Origin: a bacterium
GTDB lineage: Bacteria; Krumholzibacteriota; Krumholzibacteriia; LZORAL124-64-63
Length of the DNA stretch: 64,000 nucleotides
Assembly: GCA_016719645.1 (NCBI GenBank)
Contig: JADJYS010000001.1
Span: 518,558 to 582,557 of the forward strand
Reading direction: 5' to 3'
Positions 38,725 through 50,229 of this stretch are shown in pieces (the first letter of the stretch is position 1; every line of letters begins with the position of its first letter). Position numbers and translations under genes: made by a program. Below the pieces are notes generated by a model, which made no database searches, was not told where the DNA came from, and saw only the letters and a list, made by a program, of their open reading frames with translations.

Positions 38725-41268
38725 TCAGGCGGCCCCCGTCACGGCCGGGTCGAGCAGGACCCGGCACTCGAAGGGGGCGAGGGTGACCCGCAGGCCCCGC
38801 TCGCGCACCTCGCCGAGCGGGGCTTCCTGCGTGAAGCCGGTGCGCGGGTCGTGCAGGCGCAGCACGCCCGCGCCCGCGGCGGGCAGCGCCAGCGCCTCGG
38901 CCAGGGTGCCGGTCCGCAGGTCGCCGCGGGCGTTGCGGCAGGGCGCCGAACGCAGCAGGGTGCCGGTGAGCGTGGCCGGCCCGTTGTTGAACAGCACGAG
39001 GCAGCGGCGCCCGTCGCGGCCGTTCACGTGGGCGAAGACGTCCTCCTGGGCGTCGCCGTCGTCGTCGACCAGGTCGAAGAGCCGGAACAGATCGGCGCCC
39101 GCGAACAGGGCGCGCTCGCGCAGCAGCGGGAAGATCATCGTCGCCTGGTGGGCCAGGAAGCCCTCGTCGGGCGTCTCGTCGCGGTAGGCCCGCGCGTACT
39201 CCATGCCGTACTTCTCGGTGTAGCCCTCGAACTGCCCGTGGGCGATCAGCGGCAGCCCCGGCAGCGTCGCCATCAGCGCGCAGACGCCGAAGTAGTGCTC
39301 GCCCTTGCCGAACTGGCTCTCGGCGGTGGCCTCGTCGGGGTTGCTCATGAAGTTCACGAAGCGCTGCAGGATGGCCGGGTCGTAGGCCAGGACGTTCTTG
39401 AGCGAGCGGCGGTACTTGGCGTTGTCGCGGTCGCGCAGCATGTGCATGAAGGCGCTGTTGTAGACGCGGTGCATGCCCAGCGTGCGCACGAAGTAGCCCT
39501 CCATCAGCCAGAAGGCCTCGGCCAGCAGCAGCGTGTCGGGCGCCTCCTGCGCCACGCGGTCCACGACCTCGCGCCAGAACTCCCGCGGCATGGCCGCGTC
39601 GAACGCCTCCTGCGACAGGGCGTGCGCCGCGCGCCCGGGGATGTCGCTGCCCTCGCCGGGGGCGGGGTACCAGAGGCGGCGCACGTGGCGCCGGGCCAGC
39701 ACCATGGCGGCGTCGAAGCGGATCACGGGGAAGCGCCGCGCCACGGCCAGGACTTCCTGGATCACGGCCTCCCGGGCCGCGGGGTTCAGGTAGTCGATCT
39801 GGGCGGTGTCGTTCCACGGCATGCTGGTGCCGTCGTTGCCGTGGTAGATGTAGCGGGCGCGGCCGGTGGCGCGGTCGGTGCGGCGGAAGACGATCGCGGC
39901 GTCGCTGTGGTCGGCGTAGTGGTCCTCGAGGTGGATGGCCGCGCGCGGGTCGGGCGAGAGGTCCTCGCCGGTGAACGAGTAGGCGGGGTAGGGCGGGTGG
40001 TCGAGGCCCAGGAACAGGTCGGGCCGCTCGATGACCCAGCGCCCGTCGAGGCCGGTGTGGTTGGGCACCATGTCCCCGGCCAGGCGCAGCCCGCGCTCGC
40101 CGGCGCGGCGCTTGAGGTCCTCCAGCGCCGCCTCGCCGCCGAGGTCGTCGGCCACGCGGTACTCGTCCAGCGCGTAGGCGCTGGCGAGCGCCTCGGGGTT
40201 GCCGCGGCGCTGCTTGATGGTGCGCGAGGCCCGGCTGCGCTGCCAGATGCCGATCAGCCACAGGCCGGTGACGCCGCGCGAGGCGATCTCGTCCAGCTCC
40301 TCGTCGGGCACCTGGTCCAGGCGCACGACGGGCCGGTCGTAGCGGCGCGCCAGCTGGTGCAGCCACACGTGCGTGTTCTTGGCGAGCAGCACCAGGCTGG
40401 GCATCCACTCCCGGTCGTGGCTGTAGCGGACGGCCTCGTGCTCCTCGTCGCGGGCCGCGGGCGGCGCGCCGGCGGCCGGAGGCGCCGCGTCGGCGAAACG
40501 GAGCTCGGGCGCGGCGCCGGCGCCCTCGAAGCGGGCGCGGCCCTCCTCGTGCAGCACGCCCGCGGCCAGCAGCAGCGGGGGCGCCCCGTCGCCCAGCCAG
40601 GGCGACCACGCCTCGTGGGCGCGCAGCAGCTGGGCCAGCAGGTCGTCCGGCGCCAGGCGCTGCGGCAGCACGAGCAGCTCGGCCAGGCTGCCGGCGCCCG
40701 CGTCGAAGGCCGGCAGGCTGCCGAGGAAGGCCAGCAGGCTCGGCCAGGCCCGCCGGTAGCCCGGGCGGCCGCGCAGCGGGGCGTCGTCGATCAGGGCGCG
40801 CACCGGGTCGAGGGCGCGGTTCCCGCCGTTCAGACCCAGCAGCAGCAGCGGCAGCAGCCAGGCGGCGTCGGCGTCGTCGGCGGGCGCCGCGCCGGCCTTC
40901 CCGTCGTTCCCGCCGGCCGCGGCTCCCAGCACCTGCCGCAGGGCGGCCACCTCGTCGCGGCCGAGCTCGTCCTCGAGCCAGCGCCGGGCGGCCCGCCACA
41001 GGCCCGGCTCCCGCGTGGCCGCGAAACGGCGCAGCAGGGTCGCCGCCGCGGCCGTGAGCAGCACCAGCGCCTGGATCTGCCCGGCGTGGATCCAGGGCCC
41101 GCCGGCCTCGCGCCGGGTCTCGTTCAGCCGGGCGGCGAGGTCGTGGGCCGCGCCCAGGGCCCGGGCGGGGTCGGCCTGCAGCATGTCGTCGCCCGCGGCG
41201 GCGAAGCCGTAGGGGTCGCCCAGGGCGGCGGTGGGCAGCAGGTCGCGCAGTCGGAACCGGTCGGGCAT
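38725..41268 (-). CDS. GH13 (alpha-amylase family) glycoside hydrolase with ~350-aa N-terminal extension
   Basis: GH13 regions I-IV: [41 protein letters not shown]. Start taken at ATG 41268 (GGGAG upstream); an alternative ATG lies at 41280. Confidence 0.65.
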   Translation of the reverse strand: MPDRFRLRDLLPTAALGDPYGFAAAGDDMLQADPARALGAAHDLAARLNETRREAGGPWIHAGQIQALVLLTAAAATLLRRFAATREPGLWRAARRWLEDELGRDEVAALRQVLGAAAGGNDGKAGAAPADDADAAWLLPLLLLGLNGGNRALDPVRALIDDAPLRGRPGYRRAWPSLLAFLGSLPAFDAGAGSLAELLVLPQRLAPDDLLAQLLRAHEAWSPWLGDGAPPLLLAAGVLHEEGRARFEGAGAAPELRFADAAPPAAGAPPAARDEEHEAVRYSHDREWMPSLVLLAKNTHVWLHQLARRYDRPVVRLDQVPDEELDEIASRGVTGLWLIGIWQRSRASRTIKQRRGNPEALASAYALDEYRVADDLGGEAALEDLKRRAGERGLRLAGDMVPNHTGLDGRWVIERPDLFLGLDHPPYPAYSFTGEDLSPDPRAAIHLEDHYADHSDAAIVFRRTDRATGRARYIYHGNDGTSMPWNDTAQIDYLNPAAREAVIQEVLAVARRFPVIRFDAAMVLARRHVRRLWYPAPGEGSDIPGRAAHALSQEAFDAAMPREFWREVVDRVAQEAPDTLLLAEAFWLMEGYFVRTLGMHRVYNSAFMHMLRDRDNAKYRRSLKNVLAYDPAILQRFVNFMSNPDEATAESQFGKGEHYFGVCALMATLPGLPLIAHGQFEGYTEKYGMEYARAYRDETPDEGFLAHQATMIFPLLRERALFAGADLFRLFDLVDDDGDAQEDVFAHVNGRDGRRCLVLFNNGPATLTGTLLRSAPCRNARGDLRTGTLAEALALPAAGAGVLRLHDPRTGFTQEAPLGEVRERGLRVTLAPFECRVLLDPAVTGAA

Positions 41269-41498
41269 GCGATCTCCCATCGGGGTCAAGGGGGTGGACG
41301 GAATCAGGGTAACGGACCGTGCGCCGAGTGCAAGCGCGCTTTCACCGGGCGGCGATCTTCCCGGCCCCACCCCCGCGGCGCCCGCCCTTTCGGCCCCCGG
41401 GCACGCGCGGGGGGGGGCCGGTTGCGGCTGCTCCTGGCAAGGAACAGACAAAATGACAGATGCCTGGCGCGGGACTTGTCATGTTTCCGAAATCGGTC

Positions 41499-41526
41499 TT
41501 GCCGGGGTCGACCGCGATGCTATATT
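41499..41526 (+). promoter_or_regulatory. Sigma-70-like promoter candidate for groESL (TTGCCG-N16-TATATT)
   Basis: Hexamers read directly in the sequence, ~95 nt upstream of the groES ATG. Confidence 0.4.
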
Positions 41527-41532
41527 GCCGAC

Positions 41533-41559
41533 CTGGCAATCCCAGGCCGAGAGTGCTAA
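41533..41559. promoter_or_regulatory. Degenerate CIRCE-like operator (CTGGCAATC-N9-GAGTGCTAA)
   Basis: The right half-site is a perfect match to CIRCE (TTAGCACTC-N9-GAGTGCTAA). The left half-site matches 6/9. It lies between the promoter and groES. Confidence 0.35.
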
Positions 41560-41620
41560 CTGGTCGGCCTTGTTCCCCACAGGCAGAAGTGTATCCCACA
41601 GGCAGAAGGAGGCGAACGAG

Positions 41621-43580
<1,960 letters not shown>

Positions 43581-43602
43581 TCCGTCGCGTTCCGCGCGCT
43601 GC

Positions 43603-43637
43603 GAGGGCGGTCCCCCGGGGGGCCGCCCTCGTCTTTT
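43603..43637 (+). terminator. Rho-independent terminator after groEL (gagggcgg..ccgccctc + gtcttttt)
   Basis: GC-rich inverted repeat followed by a T5 run, read directly in the sequence. Confidence 0.7.
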
Positions 43638-43679
43638 TGTGCTGGCCGGCCCGCCGCCATCGGCTACTGTAGGCGGACC

Positions 43680-44819
43680 ATGCGCATCCTGCAGATCGGC
43701 AAGTACTACCCGCCCGCCAAGGGCGGGATGGAGACGGTCCTGGCCGCGATCACCGAGGGCCTGCTCGCCCGCGGCGACGCGGTCGACGTGCTGGTGGCGG
43801 GGCCGACCCGCACGACGACGCGCGCGGCCCTGCCCGCGGCGGCGGGGCCGGGCGGCGAGCTGGTGCGCTGCGGCGTCGTCGCGACGCCGGCCTCGCAGCC
43901 GCTCATGCCCGACCTGCTGCCCGAGCTGCGGCGCCTGCTGCGGCGCCGCCCCGACGTCGTCACCCTCCACTGGCCCAACCCCCTGGCCGCGGCCGCGCTG
44001 CTGGCGTCGGCCCGCGGGCCCGGCGCGGGCCGGCTCACCGTCTGGTACCACGCCGACATCACGCGCCAGCGGCTGGGCGCCGCCCTGCTGCGGCCGCTCG
44101 TGCGCCGGCTGCTGGCGCGCTGCGACGGCGTCGCGGTGTCGTCGGCGAGCCTGCGCGACCAGTCGCCCCTGCTGGCGCCGCACGCGGCGCGCACGGCGGT
44201 CATCCCGTTCGGCATCGACCCCGGCCCGTGGCCCGCGGCCGCGCATCCCGGGCGCGGGCCCCTGCTCTTCGTCGGCCGCCTGGTCTACTACAAGGGCGTC
44301 GAGGTGCTGCTCGAGGCCGTCGCGCGCCTGCCCGGCGCGGAGCTGGACATCGTGGGCGACGGGCCCCTGCGCGCCGCCCTGGCGGCGCGCGCGGCGCGCC
44401 CCGACCTCGCGGGACGGGTCCGGCTGCGCGGCGAACTGGACGACGCCGGCCTGCAGGCGGCGATCGCCGACGCCGCGGCGCTCGTGCTGCCGAGCCTGCT
44501 GCGGGCCGAGACCTTCGGCCTGGTCCAGCTGGAAGCGATGGCCGCCGGCCTGCCCGTGGTCGCCACCCGCCTGCCGACCGGCGTCGCCGAGGTGACGGTG
44601 CACGGCGAGACGGGCTGGCTCGTGGCGCCCGGCGATCCGGCGGCGCTCGCCGCGGCGCTGGCGGAACTGCTGGGCGATCCCGGGGAGGCGGCGCGACGCG
44701 GCCGGGCCGGCCGCCGCCGCTTCGAGGACCGCTTCCACCGCGACCGGATGGTCGCGGCGCTCGGGGACTGGTACGCGCGCCTGGCGGCGCCGTCGACGGG
44801 GGACCGCGGTGGGCTTTGA
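43680..44819 (+). CDS. Glycosyltransferase family 4 (GT-B fold)
   Basis: MRILQIGKYYPPAKGGMETV. The C-terminal EX7E region ETFGLVQLEAMAAGLPVVAT is typical of GT4. Confidence 0.8.
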   Translation: MRILQIGKYYPPAKGGMETVLAAITEGLLARGDAVDVLVAGPTRTTTRAALPAAAGPGGELVRCGVVATPASQPLMPDLLPELRRLLRRRPDVVTLHWPNPLAAAALLASARGPGAGRLTVWYHADITRQRLGAALLRPLVRRLLARCDGVAVSSASLRDQSPLLAPHAARTAVIPFGIDPGPWPAAAHPGRGPLLFVGRLVYYKGVEVLLEAVARLPGAELDIVGDGPLRAALAARAARPDLAGRVRLRGELDDAGLQAAIADAAALVLPSLLRAETFGLVQLEAMAAGLPVVATRLPTGVAEVTVHGETGWLVAPGDPAALAAALAELLGDPGEAARRGRAGRRRFEDRFHRDRMVAALGDWYARLAAPSTGDRGGL

Positions 44820-45375
44820 GTTCCTGGTGCCCTGGCACGCCTTCCTGCCCCGCGGCGGCGGGCACGTCGTGGTGTTCTACGGCCACGAGGACGCGGCGCC
44901 GCTGCGCGACGCCGCCGCGGCGGCGCTCGCCGCCGAGGGCGCACCGTGCCTGTGCGTCGGCGCGGATCCTGGCGGCAACGACCCCGCCGACCTCGACGCC
45001 TTCGCCGCCGCCCATCCCGACCGCGTGCTGCTGGTGGCGGCGCCGGCGGCGGACGCGGCGCTGCCCGCGCGCGCGACGCTGGCGGTGCCGGTCGTGCCGC
45101 TGACCGGGAGCGCGCAGGACGGCTGGGACGCCCTGGTGGAGCGGATCTGCGGGCCCGACGGGCTGCTGCGGCGGGCGGGGGCGCAGGTGCCCGCGGCCCC
45201 GGCGCTGCTGCGGCTGGACGACTGCCTCGACAGCATCGGCCTGTTCGCGGCGCTGGACCGCCTGATGGCGCCGCCGGGCGCGCCGCTGCTCGTGCTGGGG
45301 GAGGTGCGCGGCCCGCAACCACGGCTGCGCGCGGCCTACCGGTCCGGGGGCCCGTTGCCGGAGACGGACGCGTGA
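44809..45375 (+). CDS. Hypothetical protein (188 aa); weak resemblance to an XdhC-type Rossmann accessory domain
   Basis: GTG start overlaps the GT4 stop by 11 nt. Its stop overlaps the next gene start (GTGA). No confident domain. Confidence 0.35.
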   Translation: MGFEFLVPWHAFLPRGGGHVVVFYGHEDAAPLRDAAAAALAAEGAPCLCVGADPGGNDPADLDAFAAAHPDRVLLVAAPAADAALPARATLAVPVVPLTGSAQDGWDALVERICGPDGLLRRAGAQVPAAPALLRLDDCLDSIGLFAALDRLMAPPGAPLLVLGEVRGPQPRLRAAYRSGGPLPETDA

Positions 45376-45989
45376 ACGGCGACCGGCGGGACTGGGCCGT
45401 GATCCTGGCGCGCGGCGAGTCCCGGCGCATGGGCGCGCCGAAGGGCCTCGTCGTGCTGCCGGACGACCCGCGGCCCTTGCTGAACCGGGTGGCGGCGCTG
45501 CACGAGGCCGGCGGCCGGCCGCTCTGCATCGTGACCACCCCGGCGCTGGCCGCGGCCTACGCCGGCGCTCTGCCGCGCCACCTGCGCCCGGTCTGGGCGC
45601 TCCACCCGGCCGGGGGCGACACGGCCGCCTCGGTCCTGGCGGCCGTCGCCCGGCTCCGCGACCGCGCCACGCACCTCTGGCTGCACCCGGTGGACGTGCC
45701 GCTGGTCGCGGCCGCGACCTGCGACCTGCTGGCCGCGGCCTCGCGGCGCGAGCCCGGCGCCGTGGTCGTCCCGGTGTTCGGGCCGGACCGCGGGCATCCC
45801 GTCGTCGCGCCGCTGGCTCCCTGGCTGGGCCTCGATCCCGGCGACCACGGCGGTCCCATGCGCGACCTCATCGAGGCCTCCGGAGTGCCCGTGCGGCGGC
45901 TGCCGGTGGCCGACGCGGCGGTGGTGCGCGATTTCGACCGGCCGCCGGCCGGGGCCGCGCCGGGAACTCGCGGCGGCGTCGCGGATTGA
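45372..45989 (+). CDS. MobA/MocA-like nucleotidyltransferase (molybdenum cofactor guanylyl/cytidylyl-transferase family)
   Basis: WAVILARGESRRMGAPKGLV matches the MobA N-terminal motif (LAGG.S.RMG..K.L). ~205 aa. Confidence 0.6.
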   Translation: MNGDRRDWAVILARGESRRMGAPKGLVVLPDDPRPLLNRVAALHEAGGRPLCIVTTPALAAAYAGALPRHLRPVWALHPAGGDTAASVLAAVARLRDRATHLWLHPVDVPLVAAATCDLLAAASRREPGAVVVPVFGPDRGHPVVAPLAPWLGLDPGDHGGPMRDLIEASGVPVRRLPVADAAVVRDFDRPPAGAAPGTRGGVAD

Positions 45990-46153
45990 AGAGAGACCCG
46001 CGACGAGCGGCGCGACGCGCGCCGGCGGGCCGGGGAGAGGGGCGCGTTGACACGATCCTGGGGATATCCTATGTTCCCGTGTCCGCACCGGATCCTGGAA
46101 GAACGCCCCCTCGATCACAGCACCGCGGCCCGAGGCCGCGTCGGAGGTGTCAC

Positions 46154-47314
46154 GTGCCGAGACGGACCCGCAGCCTGCCGCTGACCGCCGCCCTCTGCCT
46201 GTTGCTGCTGGCGGTCGGACCCGCCGGCGCCGCCTGCCCGGAAGGCCAGCAGAAGGAAGCCGACTTCGCCTTCACCCAGGCGGGGGACTTCATCAAGGCC
46301 CAGAGCTGGGCCCAGGCGATCCCGCAGCTGCAGTCGGCGCTGAGCATCTGCCCCGAGCACGCCAATTCCCTGAAGTACCTGGGCAAGGCCTTCTTCGCCA
46401 CGGAGGACTTCGCGCAGGCGCGCACCACCTTCGAGCGCCTCATCGAGGTGCGCGGCAAGGACGCCCAGTCCGGCGACTACATGGACCTGGGCAAGACCTA
46501 CGCGAAGCTCAAGGAGTACCGCCTCGCCCGCCAGGCGTACGTCAACGCCAGCCGGCTGGCGCCCGAGGACTGCTCGATCCTGTTCAACCTGGCCGTGATG
46601 CACAACGCGGTGAAGGACTTCCCCCGCTCCGTCGAGGCCTTCGAGCTGGTGCTGGACGGCTGCCCGAACCTGCGCGAGAAGGTCCTGCCCGAGCTGACCA
46701 AGGCCTGCCGCGCCGCGGCCGAGCGCGAGCGCGGCTTCGGCAACGTCAAGGAAGCCGACCTCTACGCGGTGAAGGCCTCCGAGTACGGCTCGCAGGCCGG
46801 CGGCAGCACGGGCTACCAGCTCATCGTGGAGAAGATGCGCGCGGGCGACTACACGGGCGCCGCCGACCTCTGCGACGCCTTCCTGAAGAACAACCCCGAG
46901 AGCAGCCGCCGCGACAACGTGATGCTGAACCTGGCGCGCTGCCGTTCCCGGCTGAACCAGACCGACGCCGCGGTCGCGGCCTTCCGCGGGTACCTCGAGC
47001 TGAAGCCGTCGGACGGCAAGAGCGCGGGCGAGCTCGCGGAACTGCTGGCCAAGGCCAACCGCAGCGACGAGGCCCTCGCGGTCGCCGAGCGCCACCTCGC
47101 GCACGTCGAGGACGAGTCGCAGCGGATCTACCTGGTCTACGCCCAGGGCAAGGCGCTGGAGAGCGCCGGCCGCTACCTGGAGGCCAAGGAGAAGTTCCGC
47201 TGGGTGGCGGGCAACGCCACCGGCGAGTACAAGTACTGGTCGCAGGAAGAGATGCAGCGGCAGGACCAGCTGGAGGAGATCCGCCAGCGCCAGCGCCAGA
47301 ACGCGGGCCGCTGA
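46154..47314 (+). CDS. Secreted TPR-repeat protein
   Basis: GTG start 6 nt after GGAGG. Signal peptide (LTAALCLLLLAVGPAGAAC). Multiple TPR-like helical repeats. Lys/Glu-rich C-terminus. Confidence 0.6.
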   Translation: MPRRTRSLPLTAALCLLLLAVGPAGAACPEGQQKEADFAFTQAGDFIKAQSWAQAIPQLQSALSICPEHANSLKYLGKAFFATEDFAQARTTFERLIEVRGKDAQSGDYMDLGKTYAKLKEYRLARQAYVNASRLAPEDCSILFNLAVMHNAVKDFPRSVEAFELVLDGCPNLREKVLPELTKACRAAAERERGFGNVKEADLYAVKASEYGSQAGGSTGYQLIVEKMRAGDYTGAADLCDAFLKNNPESSRRDNVMLNLARCRSRLNQTDAAVAAFRGYLELKPSDGKSAGELAELLAKANRSDEALAVAERHLAHVEDESQRIYLVYAQGKALESAGRYLEAKEKFRWVAGNATGEYKYWSQEEMQRQDQLEEIRQRQRQNAGR

Positions 47315-47332
47315 CCGCACCGCCGTCGAACA

Positions 47333-47364
47333 GCCCCGCGACCGCACCGGCGGCGCGGGGCTTT
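47333..47364 (+). terminator. Rho-independent terminator (gccccgcg ... cgcggggc + TTT)
   Basis: 8-bp GC stem plus T-run, 19 nt after the TPR gene stop. Confidence 0.55.
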
Positions 47365-47401
47365 CCCTGCCGCCGCGCCGCCGCATCCCGACTGGAGCGC
47401 C

Positions 47402-48564
47402 ATGTCCCGACTGCAGCGCCTCGCGCCCTACCTGTTCACCGAGATCGACCGCGCGAAGCGCGCCGCGCAGGCGGCCGGCCGCGACGTGATCGATCTGGGC
47501 ATCGGCGACCCCGACCGCCCGACGCCCGCGCCCCTGCTCGACGCGATGGCCGCGGCGATCCGCCGCCCGGAGCACCACCGCTACCCGGCCAACCGCGGCT
47601 CGGCGGCGCTGCGGCGGGCCGCGGCGGACTGGCTGCAGCGGCGCCACGGCGTGACGGTCGACCCCGACACCCAGGTCCTGGCCCTGATCGGCAGCAAGGA
47701 GGGGCTCGCCCACCTGCCGCTGGCGCTGCTGGAGGAGGGGGACGAGGTCCTGGTGCCGGACATCGGGTACCCGGTGTACGCGTCGGCCACGCTGCTGGCC
47801 GGCGGCGTGCCGCGTTACTTCCCGCTGACCGCCGACCGCGGCTTCCTGCCCGACCCCGCGGACCTGGCCGCCGCCGCCGGCGCGCGCACGCGGCTGCTGT
47901 TCCTGAACTATCCGAACAACCCCACCGGCGCCACCGCCGCGCCCGGCTTCTACGCCGCGGCCGTCGCCGCCCTGCGCGGCACGGGCGCCGTGGTGGCCAG
48001 CGACGCGGCCTACCTCGAGGTGGTGCCCGAGCCCCGGCTCCGGGCAGCCGCCCGGCTTCGCTGCTGCGCGAGGCGGACCCGTCGCGCGAGCGCGTCGTGG
48101 AGTTCCACAGCCTCTCGAAGATGTTCAACATGACGGGCTGGCGCGTCGGCTTCGCGGCGGGCCACCCCGAGGTCATCGCCGCCCTGGACAAGGTCAAGCA
48201 GAACATCGACAGCGGCGTGTTCACGGCGGTGCAGGACGTGGCCGCGCAGGCGCTCACGCCGATGGGCGAGGAGCTGCTGCGCGGGGTCATGGCGGTCTAC
48301 CCGCCCCGCCGCCGGCTGGTGACGGACGCGCTGCGCGCCGCGGGCTTCGAGGTCTTCGCGACCGAGGCCACCTTCTACGTGTGGGCGCGCGTGCCGCGGG
48401 GCGAGGACAGCCTCGGCTTCTGCCGGCGCGCGCTGGACGACGAGGCGGTCGTGGTCACGCCCGGCACGGGCTTCGGGAGCGGGGGCGAGGGCTGGTTCCG
48501 GCTGTCGCTGACGGCCCCGGACGAGCGGCTGGCCGAGGCCGCGGAACGACTCAGGAGGCTGTGA
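47402..48564 (+). pseudogene. LL-diaminopimelate aminotransferase-like (class I aminotransferase), interrupted by an apparent -1 frameshift near 48033-48040
   Basis: The N-terminal 210 aa (YLFTEIDRAKRAA ... LGIGDPDRPTP ... NYPNNPTG) are in one frame. The C-terminal 170 aa (VVEFHSLSKMFNMTGWRVGFAAG ... FRLSL) are in another frame, the tail of ORF 46147..48564. The junction is at a cccc/gg run. This is either a true pseudogene or a 1-bp assembly error. Confidence 0.6.
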
Positions 48565-48986
48565 TGGACTGCATCCGACTGACCGGCATCGACGTCTACG
48601 CCTACCACGGGGCCCACCCGGCCGAGCGCGAGCTGGGGCAGCGCTTCGTCATCGACGTGGAGCTGTGGACCGACGTGCAGGGCGCGGCGATCAGCGACTC
48701 CATGCAGGACGCCCTGGACTACACCCTGGTCCACCAGCGGATCATCGAGCTGACGGCGGGGGAGTCGTTCCAGCTGCTGGAGGCCCTGGCCGGCCGCATC
48801 TGCGACATGCTGCTGACCGAGTTCGCGCTGGACGCGGCGACCGTCACGGTCCACAAGCCGAACCCGCCCATCAAGAACTTCCTGGGCAGCGTCTCGGTGA
48901 CCATCGACCGCACCCGCGAGGACCTGCTGTCGCGCAAGGCCCGCAAGCCCCTGCACCGGCACGGCCACGGGGAGTCGATCCAGTGA
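48564..48986 (+). CDS. folB: Dihydroneopterin aldolase
   Basis: IDVYAYHGAHPAERELGQRFVIDVEL ... DYTLV. ATG overlaps the upstream stop (TGATG). Confidence 0.85.
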   Translation: MDCIRLTGIDVYAYHGAHPAERELGQRFVIDVELWTDVQGAAISDSMQDALDYTLVHQRIIELTAGESFQLLEALAGRICDMLLTEFALDAATVTVHKPNPPIKNFLGSVSVTIDRTREDLLSRKARKPLHRHGHGESIQ

Positions 48987-49549
48987 CGGGCGGCCCCGTG
49001 GCGGCGGGGCCCCGGTCCGACGGCACGATCGCGACGCTGGGCCTGGGCGGCAACCTGGGCGACCGCTTCGCGTCGCTGCGCCGGGGCTGGGCGGCCGTCT
49101 CGGCCCTGCCGGGCGTGCGTCCCCTGGACCGCAGCGGGATCTGGGAGACCGCCTACGTCGGGCCCGGCGACCCGCAGCCGCCCTACCTGAACGCCTGCGC
49201 CCGCATCGTCACGACCCTGGCGCCGGGCGCGCTGCTGGCGGCCCTGCAGCGCATCGAGCGGGAGTGCGGCCGGCCGCCCGCCACCCACCTGCAGCCCCGG
49301 CTCCTGGACCTCGACATCCTGCTGTACGGCGACCTGGTCGTGGCGGAGCCGGGCCTGACGATCCCCCACCCGCGCCTGCGCGAGCGGGCCTTCGTGCTGG
49401 AGCCCCTCGCGCAGCTGGACCCGGACCTGGTCCTGCCCGATTCGGGGCTGACAGTCGCCGCCGTTCGTGCGATCATCCGCGCCGCAGGCGGGCCCCCGGT
49501 GCGCCCCCTGCCCGGCGGAACCCTGGCCTGGGACGGGAGCGATGGCTGA
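48983..49549 (+). CDS. folK: 2-amino-4-hydroxy-6-hydroxymethyldihydropteridine pyrophosphokinase
   Basis: LGLGGNLGDR ... LDLDILLYGD ... TIPHPRLRERAFVLEPL. GTG overlaps the folB stop. Confidence 0.85.
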   Translation: MTGGPVAAGPRSDGTIATLGLGGNLGDRFASLRRGWAAVSALPGVRPLDRSGIWETAYVGPGDPQPPYLNACARIVTTLAPGALLAALQRIERECGRPPATHLQPRLLDLDILLYGDLVVAEPGLTIPHPRLRERAFVLEPLAQLDPDLVLPDSGLTVAAVRAIIRAAGGPPVRPLPGGTLAWDGSDG

Positions 49550-50204
49550 GCACGGAGGCGCGGCGGCGGCAACGCTGCCCTGGCGGTACATCGTCGTGGA
49601 GGGCGTGATCGGGGCGGGCAAGACCAGCCTGACCAAGCGCCTGGCCGGTCACATCGGCGCCCAGGTGAACCTGGAGGTCGTGGAGGAGAACCCCTTCCTG
49701 GTGAAGTTCTACCAGGACCGCTCCGCGCTGGCCTTCCAGACCCAGCTCTTCTTCCTGCTCAGCCGCTACCGGCAGCAGCAGGGCCTGGTGCAGGGCGACC
49801 TCTTCGCCCAGTCGGTGGTCTCGGACTACCTGTTCGCGAAGGACCGCATCTTCGCCAACCTGAACCTGCGCGACGACGAGCTGGTGCTCTACGACCAGCT
49901 GGCCACGATCCTCGAGCAGCGCATCCTGCAGCCCGACCTGGTGATCTTCCTGCAGGCCTCGACCGACGTGCTCATGGAGCGCATCGCGCGGCGCGGCCGC
50001 AGCTTCGAGCGCGACATGAACCGCGACTACATCGATGCGCTCAACGGCGCCTACAGCTATTATTTCCACCACTACCGGCAGACGCCGCTGCTGGTGGTCA
50101 ACACGAACGACTTCGACTACGTGAACGTGCCCCGGGACTTCGAGCGCCTGTTCGAGCAGCTGCGCGAGGGCTTCCAGGGGACCCGGTTCTTCGCGCCCGC
50201 CTGA
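49542..50204 (+). CDS. Deoxynucleoside kinase (dGK/dAK family)
   Basis: YIVVEGVIGAGKTSL P-loop. FQTQLFFLLSRY ... ERIARRGRSFE motifs of the dNK family. ATG overlaps the folK 3' end. Confidence 0.75.
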   Translation: MAEHGGAAAATLPWRYIVVEGVIGAGKTSLTKRLAGHIGAQVNLEVVEENPFLVKFYQDRSALAFQTQLFFLLSRYRQQQGLVQGDLFAQSVVSDYLFAKDRIFANLNLRDDELVLYDQLATILEQRILQPDLVIFLQASTDVLMERIARRGRSFERDMNRDYIDALNGAYSYYFHHYRQTPLLVVNTNDFDYVNVPRDFERLFEQLREGFQGTRFFAPA

Positions 50205-50229
50205 CCTCTTCGACACCACGGGAGCCGCC

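Noticed and set aside
35871-41559. ORFs 35871..37334, 36094..38619 and 38681..40999 (minus strand) and 38851..41559 (plus strand)
   Set aside because: They overlap the birA, coaX, hydrolase and GH13 genes out of frame or antisense, with no motifs.
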